Assembly (NCBI GenBank): GCA_944381315.1 | Contig: CALWKR010000027.1 | Span: forward strand, 16,353-80,352 | Direction: 5' to 3' | Length of the DNA: 64,000 nucleotides | Origin: an uncultured Christensenellaceae bacterium | Lineage (GTDB): Bacteria > Bacillota > Clostridia > Christensenellales > UBA3700 | Shown here: positions 55,962 through 64,000 of the stretch, one piece after another | How the letters are laid out: each line of letters starts with the position of its first letter | How positions within the stretch are numbered: the first letter of the stretch is position 1 | Notes under the pieces: generated by a model | Database searches by the model: none | What the model saw: the letters and a program-made list of their open reading frames with translations, nothing else | What the model was told of the DNA's origin: nothing | Made by a program: the position numbers and the translations under genes

Positions 55962-57352
55962 TGGCAAAACTCTGGAAGGGCAGATTTTCCAAAGAGCTCG
56001 ACGAGCGAGTCAACGACTTCAACAGCTCGATCTCTTTTGACAGCGCGATGTTCCGCGAGGACATCACGGGCAGCATCGCCCATGTGATGATGCTCGGCAA
56101 GCAGGGGATCGTCACTCAGGACGAGGCGGCGAAGATAGCCAAAGAGCTCGCCGCGATCTCGGACGACATCGAGGACGGCAAGCTCGCGATCGATCCCGAG
56201 GCGGAAGACATCCATATGTTCGTCGAAGAGGAGCTGACCAAGCGCCTCGGCGATCTCGGCAAAAAACTGCACACCGCAAGGTCTCGCAACGACCAAGTCG
56301 CCGTCGATCTCAGGATCTTTTTGCGCAAGCGCATCGACGAGATCGTCGGCATGCTGCGCAAGCTGATCGCGACGCTCGTCTCGATCGCGGAAAAGAACTT
56401 GCACACCGTCATGCCCGGCTACACGCATCTCCAACGCGCTCAGCCGATCACTCTCGCGCATCACATGATGGCGTATGTCGAGATGTTCAAGCGCGACATG
56501 ACGAGGATGTTCAACTGCTTCCGACTGCTCAACGAGTGTCCTCTCGGCAGCGGCGCTCTCGCGACGACGACCTATCCGATAGACAGAGAATACACGGCGA
56601 AGATGCTCGGTTTCGACGCGCCGTGTTCCAACAGTCTGGACGGCGTCTCCGACCGCGACTATTGCGTGGAATTCTGTGCGGCGGCGGCATTGACGATGGT
56701 GCATCTTTCGCGACTTTCCGAAGAGATCGTCGCGTGGTGCAGCTGGGAGTTCAAGTTTGTGGAGCTGGACGACGCATACGCGACGGGCAGCAGCATAATG
56801 CCGCAAAAGAAGAATCCCGACATCTGCGAGCTCATACGCGGCAAGACGGGCAGAGAGATCGGCGATCTCACGACGATGCTGACGATGCTCAAAGGCTTGC
56901 CTCTCGCCTACAACAAGGATATGCAGGAGGACAAGGAGGCGGTATTTGACAGCGTCAAAACGCTCAAACAATGCCTGTCTATCATCGTCCCCATGCTCGA
57001 AACGGCGCGTTTCAACAAGGAGAACATGCTCGCGGCAGGCAAGCGCGGATTCATCAACGCGACCGACTGCGCCGACTATCTGGTCAAGAAGGGTATGCCT
57101 TTCCGCGACGCCTACGGCGTTGTCGGCAGACTTGTCGCCAAGTGCGTGCAAAAGGGCGCGACGCTCGACGAGCTGTCCTTGGACGACTATCGCGCGGAGA
57201 GCGAGTTGTTCGACGAGGACGTCTACAAGGCGATAGACTTGATCGAGTGCGTCAAAGGACGCAAAGCGATCGGCGGCCCCGCCCCGGAAGCGGTGCAAAA
57301 ACACATAGACAAGATCAAAGAGACAGTGCTCAAAGATTGGAGCGAACAATGA
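55961..57352 (+). CDS. argH: Argininosuccinate lyase
   Basis: [27 protein letters not shown]...GSSIMPQKKNPD.... Confidence 0.97.
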   Translation: MAKLWKGRFSKELDERVNDFNSSISFDSAMFREDITGSIAHVMMLGKQGIVTQDEAAKIAKELAAISDDIEDGKLAIDPEAEDIHMFVEEELTKRLGDLGKKLHTARSRNDQVAVDLRIFLRKRIDEIVGMLRKLIATLVSIAEKNLHTVMPGYTHLQRAQPITLAHHMMAYVEMFKRDMTRMFNCFRLLNECPLGSGALATTTYPIDREYTAKMLGFDAPCSNSLDGVSDRDYCVEFCAAAALTMVHLSRLSEEIVAWCSWEFKFVELDDAYATGSSIMPQKKNPDICELIRGKTGREIGDLTTMLTMLKGLPLAYNKDMQEDKEAVFDSVKTLKQCLSIIVPMLETARFNKENMLAAGKRGFINATDCADYLVKKGMPFRDAYGVVGRLVAKCVQKGATLDELSLDDYRAESELFDEDVYKAIDLIECVKGRKAIGGPAPEAVQKHIDKIKETVLKDWSEQ

Positions 57353-58380
57353 TAAAAGCAGGAATAGTCGGAGCGACCGGCTATGCCGGCGCAGAGCTTG
57401 CGAGGTTGCTTTGCACGCATCCCGAGGCTTGCGTCGCCGCCGTGTCGTCCGTATCTTTTGAGGGCAAAAAGCTCAGCGACGTCTATCCCAATCTGTACGG
57501 GATCTGCGACCTCGTGCTCGGCAACGAGGACGATGTGATCGCGGCGAGCGACGTCGTGTTCACCTCGCTGCCCCACGGGCTCAGCGAGGCTTTGGCAGGC
57601 AAGTGCGTCGATCAGGGCAAAAAGATCATCGATCTCGGCGCAGACTTCCGTCTCGACAGCGAAGAGGACTATGCCAAGTGGTACGGCAAGTCCTATACGC
57701 GCCCCGATCTGCACGCCAAGGCGCTCTATTGCATCCCCGAACTGCATCGTTCGCTCTATCGCGGACAGCCGATCATAGGCAATCCGGGATGCTATCCGAC
57801 CTCGGTCGCGCTCGGCGCGGCGCCGCTGCTCAAAGCCGGCGTTGCGGAGAGCGACATCGTCGTCGACAGCAAGTCGGGCGTGACGGGTTCGGGCAGAGGA
57901 CTGTCCGACACCACGCATTATCCCAACTGCAACGAGGCGTTTTCGGCATACAAAGCCGCCGCGCACAGGCATACGCCCGAGATGGAGCAGACGCTCTCGG
58001 CGCTCGCAGGCGAGCCGATCATGGTGACTTTCGTGCCGCATCTGCTGCCCGTCAACAGAGGGATAGAGACGACGATGTACGCCAAGCTGACCGCGCCATG
58101 CACGGCGGAGGAATTGCACAAGTTGTACGTCGACTTCTACAAGGACGAAAAATTCGTGCGCGTGCTGCCTCTCGGCGTCGCCGCCAACATCCGCGACGTC
58201 AGGATGTCCAATTATTGCAACATCGGCGTCTTTGTCGACGAGCACGCAGGCAAGGCGGTGATCACGAGCGCGATAGACAACATGGTCAAGGGGGCTGCCG
58301 GTCAGGCGATCCAGAACATGAATCTCATGTTCGGCAAAAAGGAGGACTGCGGATTGGACTTCGTTCCGCCCGCGTTTTGA
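57349..58380 (+). CDS. argC: N-acetyl-gamma-glutamyl-phosphate reductase
   Basis: ATG 57349 overlaps the argH stop (ATGA). MIKAGIVGATGYAGAELARLL...GNPGCYPTS.... Confidence 0.96.
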   Translation: MIKAGIVGATGYAGAELARLLCTHPEACVAAVSSVSFEGKKLSDVYPNLYGICDLVLGNEDDVIAASDVVFTSLPHGLSEALAGKCVDQGKKIIDLGADFRLDSEEDYAKWYGKSYTRPDLHAKALYCIPELHRSLYRGQPIIGNPGCYPTSVALGAAPLLKAGVAESDIVVDSKSGVTGSGRGLSDTTHYPNCNEAFSAYKAAAHRHTPEMEQTLSALAGEPIMVTFVPHLLPVNRGIETTMYAKLTAPCTAEELHKLYVDFYKDEKFVRVLPLGVAANIRDVRMSNYCNIGVFVDEHAGKAVITSAIDNMVKGAAGQAIQNMNLMFGKKEDCGLDFVPPAF

Positions 58381-58381
58381 G

Positions 58382-59596
58382 ATGAAGGATATAGCAAACG
58401 GAGTGTGCGCGCCGCAGGGATTCAGTGCGGCAGGCGTACATTGTGGGATCAGGAAAAACAAGAGCAAGCGCGATCTCGCGCTGATAGTCAGCGACCGCCG
58501 TGCGGCGGCTGCCGGCGTTTATACGCGCAACAAGGTCAAGGGCGCGCCGATCGCGGTGACCAAAGAGCACATCGCGGACGGCTATGCCCGCGCGATCGTC
58601 TGCAACAGCGGCAACGCCAACACCTGCAACGCCGACGGCGTACAAAAGGCGAGGGCAATGTGCGAGCTCGTCATGCGCGATACGGGGATAGACGCGTCCG
58701 ATGTCATCGTCGCCTCGACGGGAGTGATCGGTCAAGTCTTGCCGATCGAGCCCATCGACGCGGCTATGCCGTCTTTGGCGGCGGCGCTCTCGCGCGACGG
58801 CAGCGCGGACGCAGCGGAGGCGATCATGACCACCGACACGGTGCGCAAAGAGTTCGCCTGCGAATTCGAGCTGGGCGGCAAGACGTGCCGCATAGGCGCG
58901 ATCGCCAAGGGCAGCGGCATGATCCATCCCAACATGGCGACATTGTTGTGCTTTGTCACCAGCGACGCGGCGATCTCGCCCGAGATGCTCTCCAAGGCGC
59001 TCAAAGCCGCGATCGACGACACTCTCAACATGGTCAGCATCGACGGCGACAGCTCCACCAACGACATGGCTCTCGTCATCGCCAACGGCGCGGCGGGCAA
59101 TGCGGAGATAACAGAGGACGGCGAAGATATGCGCGTCTTTTGCGAGGCGCTCAAATACATCCTCACCAAGATATCGCGCGCGATCGCCAAGGACGGCGAG
59201 GGCGCGACGCGTCTGATAGAGTGCAAGGTGAGCGGCGCCGCAGATACGGCTTCCGCCAAGGCGATCGCCAAGAGCGTGGTCTGCAGCTCGCTGCTCAAAG
59301 CCGCGATGTTCGCCGCCGACGCGAATTGGGGGCGCATACTTTGCGCCATCGGCTATGCGGACGCTCGGCTCGACATAGACAAAGTGGACGTCAGCCTCTG
59401 CTCGCGCGCGGGCAAAGTGGACGTATGCAAGGACGGCAACGGCATTGAGTTCTCCGAGGACGAAGCCAAGAAGGTGCTGTCCCAAGACGAGGTGACGATC
59501 GACGTGACCTGCGGCGACGGCACGGCAAGCGCCGTTGCGTGGGGCTGCGATCTCACATACGACTATGTAAAAATAAATGCAGATTACAGGACCTGA
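58382..59596 (+). CDS. argJ: Bifunctional glutamate N-acetyltransferase / amino-acid acetyltransferase
   Basis: GFSAAGVHCGIRKN...GMIHPNMATLLCFVTSDA (autoprocessing ATLL site). Confidence 0.96.
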   Translation: MKDIANGVCAPQGFSAAGVHCGIRKNKSKRDLALIVSDRRAAAAGVYTRNKVKGAPIAVTKEHIADGYARAIVCNSGNANTCNADGVQKARAMCELVMRDTGIDASDVIVASTGVIGQVLPIEPIDAAMPSLAAALSRDGSADAAEAIMTTDTVRKEFACEFELGGKTCRIGAIAKGSGMIHPNMATLLCFVTSDAAISPEMLSKALKAAIDDTLNMVSIDGDSSTNDMALVIANGAAGNAEITEDGEDMRVFCEALKYILTKISRAIAKDGEGATRLIECKVSGAADTASAKAIAKSVVCSSLLKAAMFAADANWGRILCAIGYADARLDIDKVDVSLCSRAGKVDVCKDGNGIEFSEDEAKKVLSQDEVTIDVTCGDGTASAVAWGCDLTYDYVKINADYRT

Positions 59597-59597
59597 T

Positions 59598-60446
59598 ATG
59601 GATATCGCAAGCAAGGCGCGCGTTCTCAGCGACGCGCTTCCGTACATCAAAAAATATAGCGGCAAAGTCGTCGTCATCAAGTATGGCGGCAACGCGATGC
59701 TGTCCGACGAGCTCAAACACGCCGTGATGAGCGACATCGTCATGCTGTCGCTGATCGGCGTCAAAGTCGTGCTCGTGCACGGCGGCGGACCCGAGATCTC
59801 GGAGATGCTGCGCCGCGTGGGAAAGACGACTCAATTCATCGGAGGCTTGCGCTATACGGACAAGGAGACTGCCGAGATCGTCCAAATGGTGCTCGCAGGC
59901 AAGATCAACAAAAATCTCGTGATGATGCTCGGCGAGAGCGGCGGCAAAGCGCTCGGACTGTCCGGCATTGACGGCGGCATGCTCAAATGCGAAAAGCACA
60001 AAGAGACCGACCTCGGCTTTGTCGGCGACATAGTCGACGTGGACGCGGCTCCGATCGTCGATGCGCTCGACGGCGGCTATATCCCCGTCGTCGCGACCGT
60101 GGGCACGGACGGCGACGGCAACGTCTACAACATCAACGCCGACACCGCGGCGGCGAGGATAGCCGCTGAGATGAATGCGGAGAACCTCTTCTTGATGACG
60201 GACATCCGCGGACTGCTGCGCGACAAGGACGACGAGAGCACGCTCATCCCCGAAGTCTACGTCTCCGACGTCCCTTCGCTCAAAAAGAAGGGCATCATCG
60301 GCGGCGGAATGATTCCCAAGGTAGATTGCTGCGTCGAGGCGGTGCGCCGCGGCGTGAAACAGTCGATCATCATCGACGGCAGGATCAAACACTCGATCTT
60401 GATCGAGATGCTCACCAGCGAAGGCGTGGGCACGTTATTCAAGTGA
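59598..60446 (+). CDS. argB: Acetylglutamate kinase
   Basis: Start at ATG 59598 (MDIASKARVLSDALPYIKKYSGKVVVIKYGGNAM...VHGGGP...). Confidence 0.96.
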   Translation: MDIASKARVLSDALPYIKKYSGKVVVIKYGGNAMLSDELKHAVMSDIVMLSLIGVKVVLVHGGGPEISEMLRRVGKTTQFIGGLRYTDKETAEIVQMVLAGKINKNLVMMLGESGGKALGLSGIDGGMLKCEKHKETDLGFVGDIVDVDAAPIVDALDGGYIPVVATVGTDGDGNVYNINADTAAARIAAEMNAENLFLMTDIRGLLRDKDDESTLIPEVYVSDVPSLKKKGIIGGGMIPKVDCCVEAVRRGVKQSIIIDGRIKHSILIEMLTSEGVGTLFK

Positions 60447-60447
60447 T

Positions 60448-61611
60448 ATGGACGACATCAAGGCGATAGACAGTCAATACGTCATGCACACCTATGCTCG
60501 ATTCGATCTTTTGATCGAGAGCGGCAAGGGCGCCGTGTGCCGTGACGACAAGGGCAAAGAATACATCGACTTCACCAGCGGCATAGGCGTCAATTGCCTC
60601 GGCTGGTGCGACGACGATTGGGCGGCGGCGGTCGCAAAGCAGGCGGCCACGCTCTCGCATACGTCCAACTTGTTCTACACGCGTCCGTGCGCGTTGCTCG
60701 CGCGCAAGCTGTGCGAACGCACCGGCTATGCCAAAGTCTTTTTCGGCAACTCGGGCGCGGAGGCGAACGAGGGCGCGATCAAGCTCGCGCGCAAATATTC
60801 GTTCGACAAATACGGCGAAGGCAGATCCAAGGTGGTCACACTCGTCAATTCCTTCCACGGCAGGACGATCAGCACCCTTTCGGCGACGGGACAGGATGGC
60901 TACCACAAGTGGTTCTTCCCGTTCACCGGCGGATTCGCCTATGTCGCGGCAGGCGATCTCGACGCGCTCGAGCGAGAGCTCGACGACGCATGCGCTCTGA
61001 TCGTCGAGTTCGTGCAGGGCGAGGGCGGAGTCGTCGCTCTCGACCGCGATTTCGCGATCAAGGCATACGAGATGTGCAAGAGCCGCGACGTGCTCTTCAT
61101 CGCGGACGAAGTCCAGACGGGCATGGGCAGGACGGGCGCGTTGCTCGCGTCCGAGCTGTACGGAGTCAAGCCCGACGTAACCACTCTCGCCAAGGGGCTC
61201 GGCGGAGGCTTGCCGATAGGCGCCGTGCTCGCGGACAAGGCTGTGGCAGACACTCTCGGCGCAGGGATGCACGGCAGCACCTTTGGCGGCAATCCCGTCG
61301 TCGCCGCAGGAGCCAACGTCGTGATGGACAAGCTGACCGACGAGCTGCTCGCTGACGTCAGGCGCAAGGGCGACTTGATCCGAGCGCGTCTTGACGGAGC
61401 GGACGGAGTGGCGTCCGTCAGCGGTCTCGGCATGATGGTAGGCATTCTGCCGACGCACAAAAAGGCTGCGGACATAGCGCGCGAAGCGATCGCGGGCGGC
61501 TTGCTCGTGCTCACCGCAAAGGACAGGGTGAGACTGCTGCCGCCGCTCACGATAGACGACGATACGCTTGCCGCAGGCATGGATATATTGATCCGAATAT
61601 TGAGAGGCTAA
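60448..61611 (+). CDS. argD: Acetylornithine aminotransferase
   Basis: YIDFTSGIGVNCLG...NSGAEANEGAIKLARKY...DEVQTGMGRTG... Confidence 0.95.
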   Translation: MDDIKAIDSQYVMHTYARFDLLIESGKGAVCRDDKGKEYIDFTSGIGVNCLGWCDDDWAAAVAKQAATLSHTSNLFYTRPCALLARKLCERTGYAKVFFGNSGAEANEGAIKLARKYSFDKYGEGRSKVVTLVNSFHGRTISTLSATGQDGYHKWFFPFTGGFAYVAAGDLDALERELDDACALIVEFVQGEGGVVALDRDFAIKAYEMCKSRDVLFIADEVQTGMGRTGALLASELYGVKPDVTTLAKGLGGGLPIGAVLADKAVADTLGAGMHGSTFGGNPVVAAGANVVMDKLTDELLADVRRKGDLIRARLDGADGVASVSGLGMMVGILPTHKKAADIAREAIAGGLLVLTAKDRVRLLPPLTIDDDTLAAGMDILIRILRG

Positions 61612-61612
61612 C

Positions 61613-62518
61613 ATGAAACATTTACTCAAAATGGCGGACTTGAACGACAAGGACATTCTGTCCATCCTCAATCTCGCCGATCAGCTCAAATACGAGCAAA
61701 AACACGGCATTCCGCACAGAATGCTCGAGGGCAAGACCCTGGGCATGATCTTCCAAAAATCGTCCACGCGCACGCGCGTGTCATTTGAGGTCGGGATGTA
61801 TCAATTGGGCGGTTCCGCGCTCTTTTTGTCCTCGTCCGATCTGCAGATCGGCAGGGGCGAACCCATCTGCGATACCGCGCGCGTGCTGTCGAGATACCTC
61901 GACGGCATCATGATCCGCACATTCAAACAGAGCGACCCCGAGGATCTCGCCAAGTACGGCAGCATCCCGATCATCAACGGATTGACCGACTATGCTCATC
62001 CGTGCCAAGTCCTCGCCGACTTGATGACGATAAGGGAGCAAAAAGGCGCTTTCGACGCGCTCAAATTCTGCTATGTCGGCGACGGCAACAATATGGCAAA
62101 CTCGCTGATCGTGGGCTGTCTGACGATGGGCATGTCCGTCGCGATCGCCTGCCCGGACGGCTATCATCCCGACAAGACGGTGCTCGACTTTGCCGCCAAA
62201 TACGGCGACAAGTTTTTGCTGACGGCGTCGCCCAAAGAGGCGGCTGCGGACGCCGACGTCGTTTATACCGACGTGTGGGCGTCTATGGGGCAAGAAAAAG
62301 AAGCCGAGATCCGCAGACAGGCGTTCAAGGGCTACTGCGTGGACGCGGAGCTGATGAAGTGCGCCAAGAGCGACGCGATGGTGCTGCATTGTCTGCCGGC
62401 ACACAGAGGCGAAGAGATATCCGCAGACGTCATCGAGGCTCATCCCGAGATCTTTGACGAGGCGGAGAACAGACTGCACGCCCAAAAAGCTGTGCTCGTC
62501 AAACTGCTCGCCCAATGA
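61613..62518 (+). CDS. argF: Ornithine carbamoyltransferase
   Basis: FQKSSTRTRVSFE...HPCQVLAD...HCLPAHRGEE.... Confidence 0.96.
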   Translation: MKHLLKMADLNDKDILSILNLADQLKYEQKHGIPHRMLEGKTLGMIFQKSSTRTRVSFEVGMYQLGGSALFLSSSDLQIGRGEPICDTARVLSRYLDGIMIRTFKQSDPEDLAKYGSIPIINGLTDYAHPCQVLADLMTIREQKGAFDALKFCYVGDGNNMANSLIVGCLTMGMSVAIACPDGYHPDKTVLDFAAKYGDKFLLTASPKEAAADADVVYTDVWASMGQEKEAEIRRQAFKGYCVDAELMKCAKSDAMVLHCLPAHRGEEISADVIEAHPEIFDEAENRLHAQKAVLVKLLAQ

Positions 62519-63186
62519 CGGAAAACACATCTTCATTCAGAGTCGAAAGACTCGACTCGGGAGATTATGAAGAGGAGCGCGCCTTCCTGACACGTTGCAG
62601 GAAGGCGTTGCCTCGCAAAGTCTTTTTCTATCCCTATACCGACGAACAGCTTCGCGCCGTGATGGACGGCGGCGAGGCGTTCGCAATCAGGATAGGGGGC
62701 AAGCTCGCCGCGACGTTCAACATCGACCTCGACGCTGACTATGCCGCGCAGCTCGCCGCAGGGATAGCGGAGTGTACTTCCGCGGTGAGCACGGACGCAT
62801 GCTTTGAGGCGAGCGGGCTTATGGTCGACGCAAAATACCGCGGCAAAGGGCTTGCAGGCAAGCTCGCCGACGCCGTCGTCGCAAGGGCGGAGGAGCTCGG
62901 GATAGACCTGTGCGGAGTCGTCCATCACCTCAATATCGCGAGTCTCAACACGTTTTTGAGCCGAAAATTCGTCGTCGCAGGCGTTTTTGAGCTGAACAAA
63001 CGATATATTTTCTTGTATTTGTTGAAAAAGTGCGAATTTTCCTTTGAAATTGTTGAAGAATGTGCTAAAATAAATATAGCGAATATCGAAGGCATCCGCG
63101 AACAGCTTAGGCGCGGCAACGTGGGGATCGGATCGGATGGCGAAGATTTATTGTTTTCGAAAATAAGACCTCGTGTCTTAAAATAA
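62515..63186 (+). CDS. GNAT family N-acetyltransferase (last gene of the arg operon)
   Basis: ATG 62515 overlaps the argF stop (ATGA). Motif A-like MVDAKYRGKGLAGKLADAVVARAEELG. The last 60 or so codons are A/T-rich and carry the hup promoter, so the true C-terminus is uncertain. Confidence 0.7.
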   Translation: MTENTSSFRVERLDSGDYEEERAFLTRCRKALPRKVFFYPYTDEQLRAVMDGGEAFAIRIGGKLAATFNIDLDADYAAQLAAGIAECTSAVSTDACFEASGLMVDAKYRGKGLAGKLADAVVARAEELGIDLCGVVHHLNIASLNTFLSRKFVVAGVFELNKRYIFLYLLKKCEFSFEIVEECAKINIANIEGIREQLRRGNVGIGSDGEDLLFSKIRPRVLK

Positions 63187-63216
63187 ATCAAGGGCACAGG
63201 CCCGAGGAGGAAATTT

Positions 63217-63486
63217 ATGAACAAAAGCGAATTGATCGCTGCAGTCGCCGAAAAGGCCGGAGTCGCCAAGAGCGTTGCCGACAACACCGTCAACGCGGTC
63301 CTCGAAGCTATCGCAGGAGCGCTCAAGGATGGAGACAAGGTCGCCATTGCAGGATTCGGCAACTTCGAAGTGAAGGAGAGAGCCGCCAGAGAGGGACGCA
63401 ATCCCGCTACCGGCGAGACCATCACCATTGCGGCGAGCAAGGCTGTCGCCTTCAAGGCGAGCAAGGCGCTCAAAGAGAGCATCTGA
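63217..63486 (+). CDS. hup: DNA-binding protein HU
   Basis: MNKSELIAAVAEKAGVAKSVADNTVNAVLEAIAGALKDGDKVAIAGFGNFEVKERAAREGRNPATGETI.... Confidence 0.97.
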   Translation: MNKSELIAAVAEKAGVAKSVADNTVNAVLEAIAGALKDGDKVAIAGFGNFEVKERAAREGRNPATGETITIAASKAVAFKASKALKESI

Positions 63487-63500
63487 GTTTTTGTCAGAGA

Positions 63501-63528
63501 AAGGGCGAGGTTTTCCCTCGCCTTTTTT
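63501..63528 (+). terminator. Rho-independent terminator
   Basis: GGCGAGG (63504-63510) / CCTCGCC (63516-63522) followed by T6. Confidence 0.85.
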
Positions 63529-63721
63529 CGTGCGCAAAAATTGTCGAAAAGGCGGCGCGAGAGGATGGATCTCGGCACCGATTGTGTGTGCTTTCGGGCA
63601 GGGTACAAGATATTGCGGTGTCATACAAAAATTCTGCGACTTTTCGTGCAAATGCAACAATCGTCAAATTTCTTTGTCAATATATTGTGGTGCAAATTGC
63701 AAAAAAACTATGCAAAAGCCG

Positions 63722-63750
63722 TTGCATTTTGCGCGCGCCTATGCTATCAT
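63722..63750 (+). promoter_or_regulatory. pflB promoter
   Basis: TTGCAT (63722-63727), 17-nt spacer, TATCAT (63745-63750). It leaves a leader of about 137 nt. Confidence 0.6.
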
Positions 63751-63765
63751 AATAATGCAATATAC

Positions 63766-63871
63766 GAGTGCCGTGCGCGACTGACGGTTTTACATAGGTC
63801 ACTATGGTGGAGTGTGCGGAGTATGAGTCGACCGTCTGGGCACAAAATAAACAATGCCGAGGCGGTATTTT
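63766..63871 (+). promoter_or_regulatory. ZTP riboswitch (pfl motif) with terminator expression platform
   Basis: P1 is CCGUGCG (63771-63777) / UGUGCGG (63813-63819). CGACUGACGG lies at 63778-63787. P2 is CAUAG/CUAUG (63793-63806). GUGGAG lies at 63807-63812. The 3' box CGACCGUCUGGGCA lies at 63829-63842. The pseudoknot GACGG (63783-63787) / CCGUC (63832-63836) carries a compensatory change relative to the usual GGCG/CGCC. The competing terminator pairs ACCGUCUGGGC (63831-63841) with GCCGAGGCGGU (63856-63866), followed by AUUUU. Confidence 0.72.
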
Positions 63872-63893
63872 AATGCTTCGGGAGGAGAACAAA

Positions 63894-64000
63894 ATGAGAG
63901 AAGAGTGGCAAGGCTTCCGTGAGGGCAAGTGGTGCGACGCCGTTGACGTCAGAGACTTCATCGTGTCCAACTATACGCCGTACACGGGCGACGCGTCTTT
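63894..64000 (+). CDS. pflB: Formate C-acetyltransferase (pyruvate formate-lyase), 5' end only
   Basis: GGAGGAG SD, then MREEWQGFREGKWCDAVDVRDFIVSNYTPYTGDASF. This matches the PflB N-terminus (..W.GF..G.W...V.VRDFI..NYTPY.GD.SF). It runs off the window. Confidence 0.88.
   Translation, partial: MREEWQGFREGKWCDAVDVRDFIVSNYTPYTGDAS

Overview
GC-rich chromosomal segment from a spore-forming Firmicute (Clostridia-like: spoIIID, spoVG, a DUF4363/DUF421 pair, a SpoVB/MurJ-type flippase). I call about 58 protein genes, mostly on the + strand. I found no rRNA, tRNA, CRISPR array, transposase, integrase or phage gene. Many of the long ORFs in the track are antisense shadows of real genes, which is expected at this GC content.

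**Housekeeping genes.** glyQS, coaX, hom, uvrB, uvrA, murC, asnS, glmM, hup and the start of pflB. There is also an eight-gene arginine operon, argG-argH-argC-argJ-argB-argD-argF-GNAT, behind a cluster of ARG boxes.

**Riboswitches.** Two one-carbon riboswitches are recognisable by eye: a THF riboswitch before an ECF S-component (folT), and a ZTP (pfl-motif) riboswitch with a terminator platform before pflB.

**Regions worth a second look:**
1. An Rrf2-controlled four-gene operon. It carries three copies of a GTTGTAA-N9-TTACAAC operator. It joins two flavin/NAD(P)H-type enzymes to a macrodomain plus class-M-like sirtuin pair, with no GcvH-L/LplA2 nearby.
2. A translationally coupled PAP2-PAP2-acyl-AMP ligase-FGGY kinase cassette, followed by a Ca-type P-type ATPase.
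3. A 54-aa Cys/Gly-rich micro-protein with its own ribosome-binding site (SD) and terminator.
4. Three degenerate tandem repeats of about 136 bp in a roughly 590-bp non-coding gap.
5. Very large repeat-built surface lipoproteins (1270 aa and 988 aa) and a lipase-like lipoprotein.
6. A stand-alone GlmU acetyltransferase half coupled to glmM.
7. A recurrent leaderless-mRNA promoter architecture.

No single unambiguous novel system can be proven from sequence alone. All functional calls rest on motif recognition by eye, with no database search.
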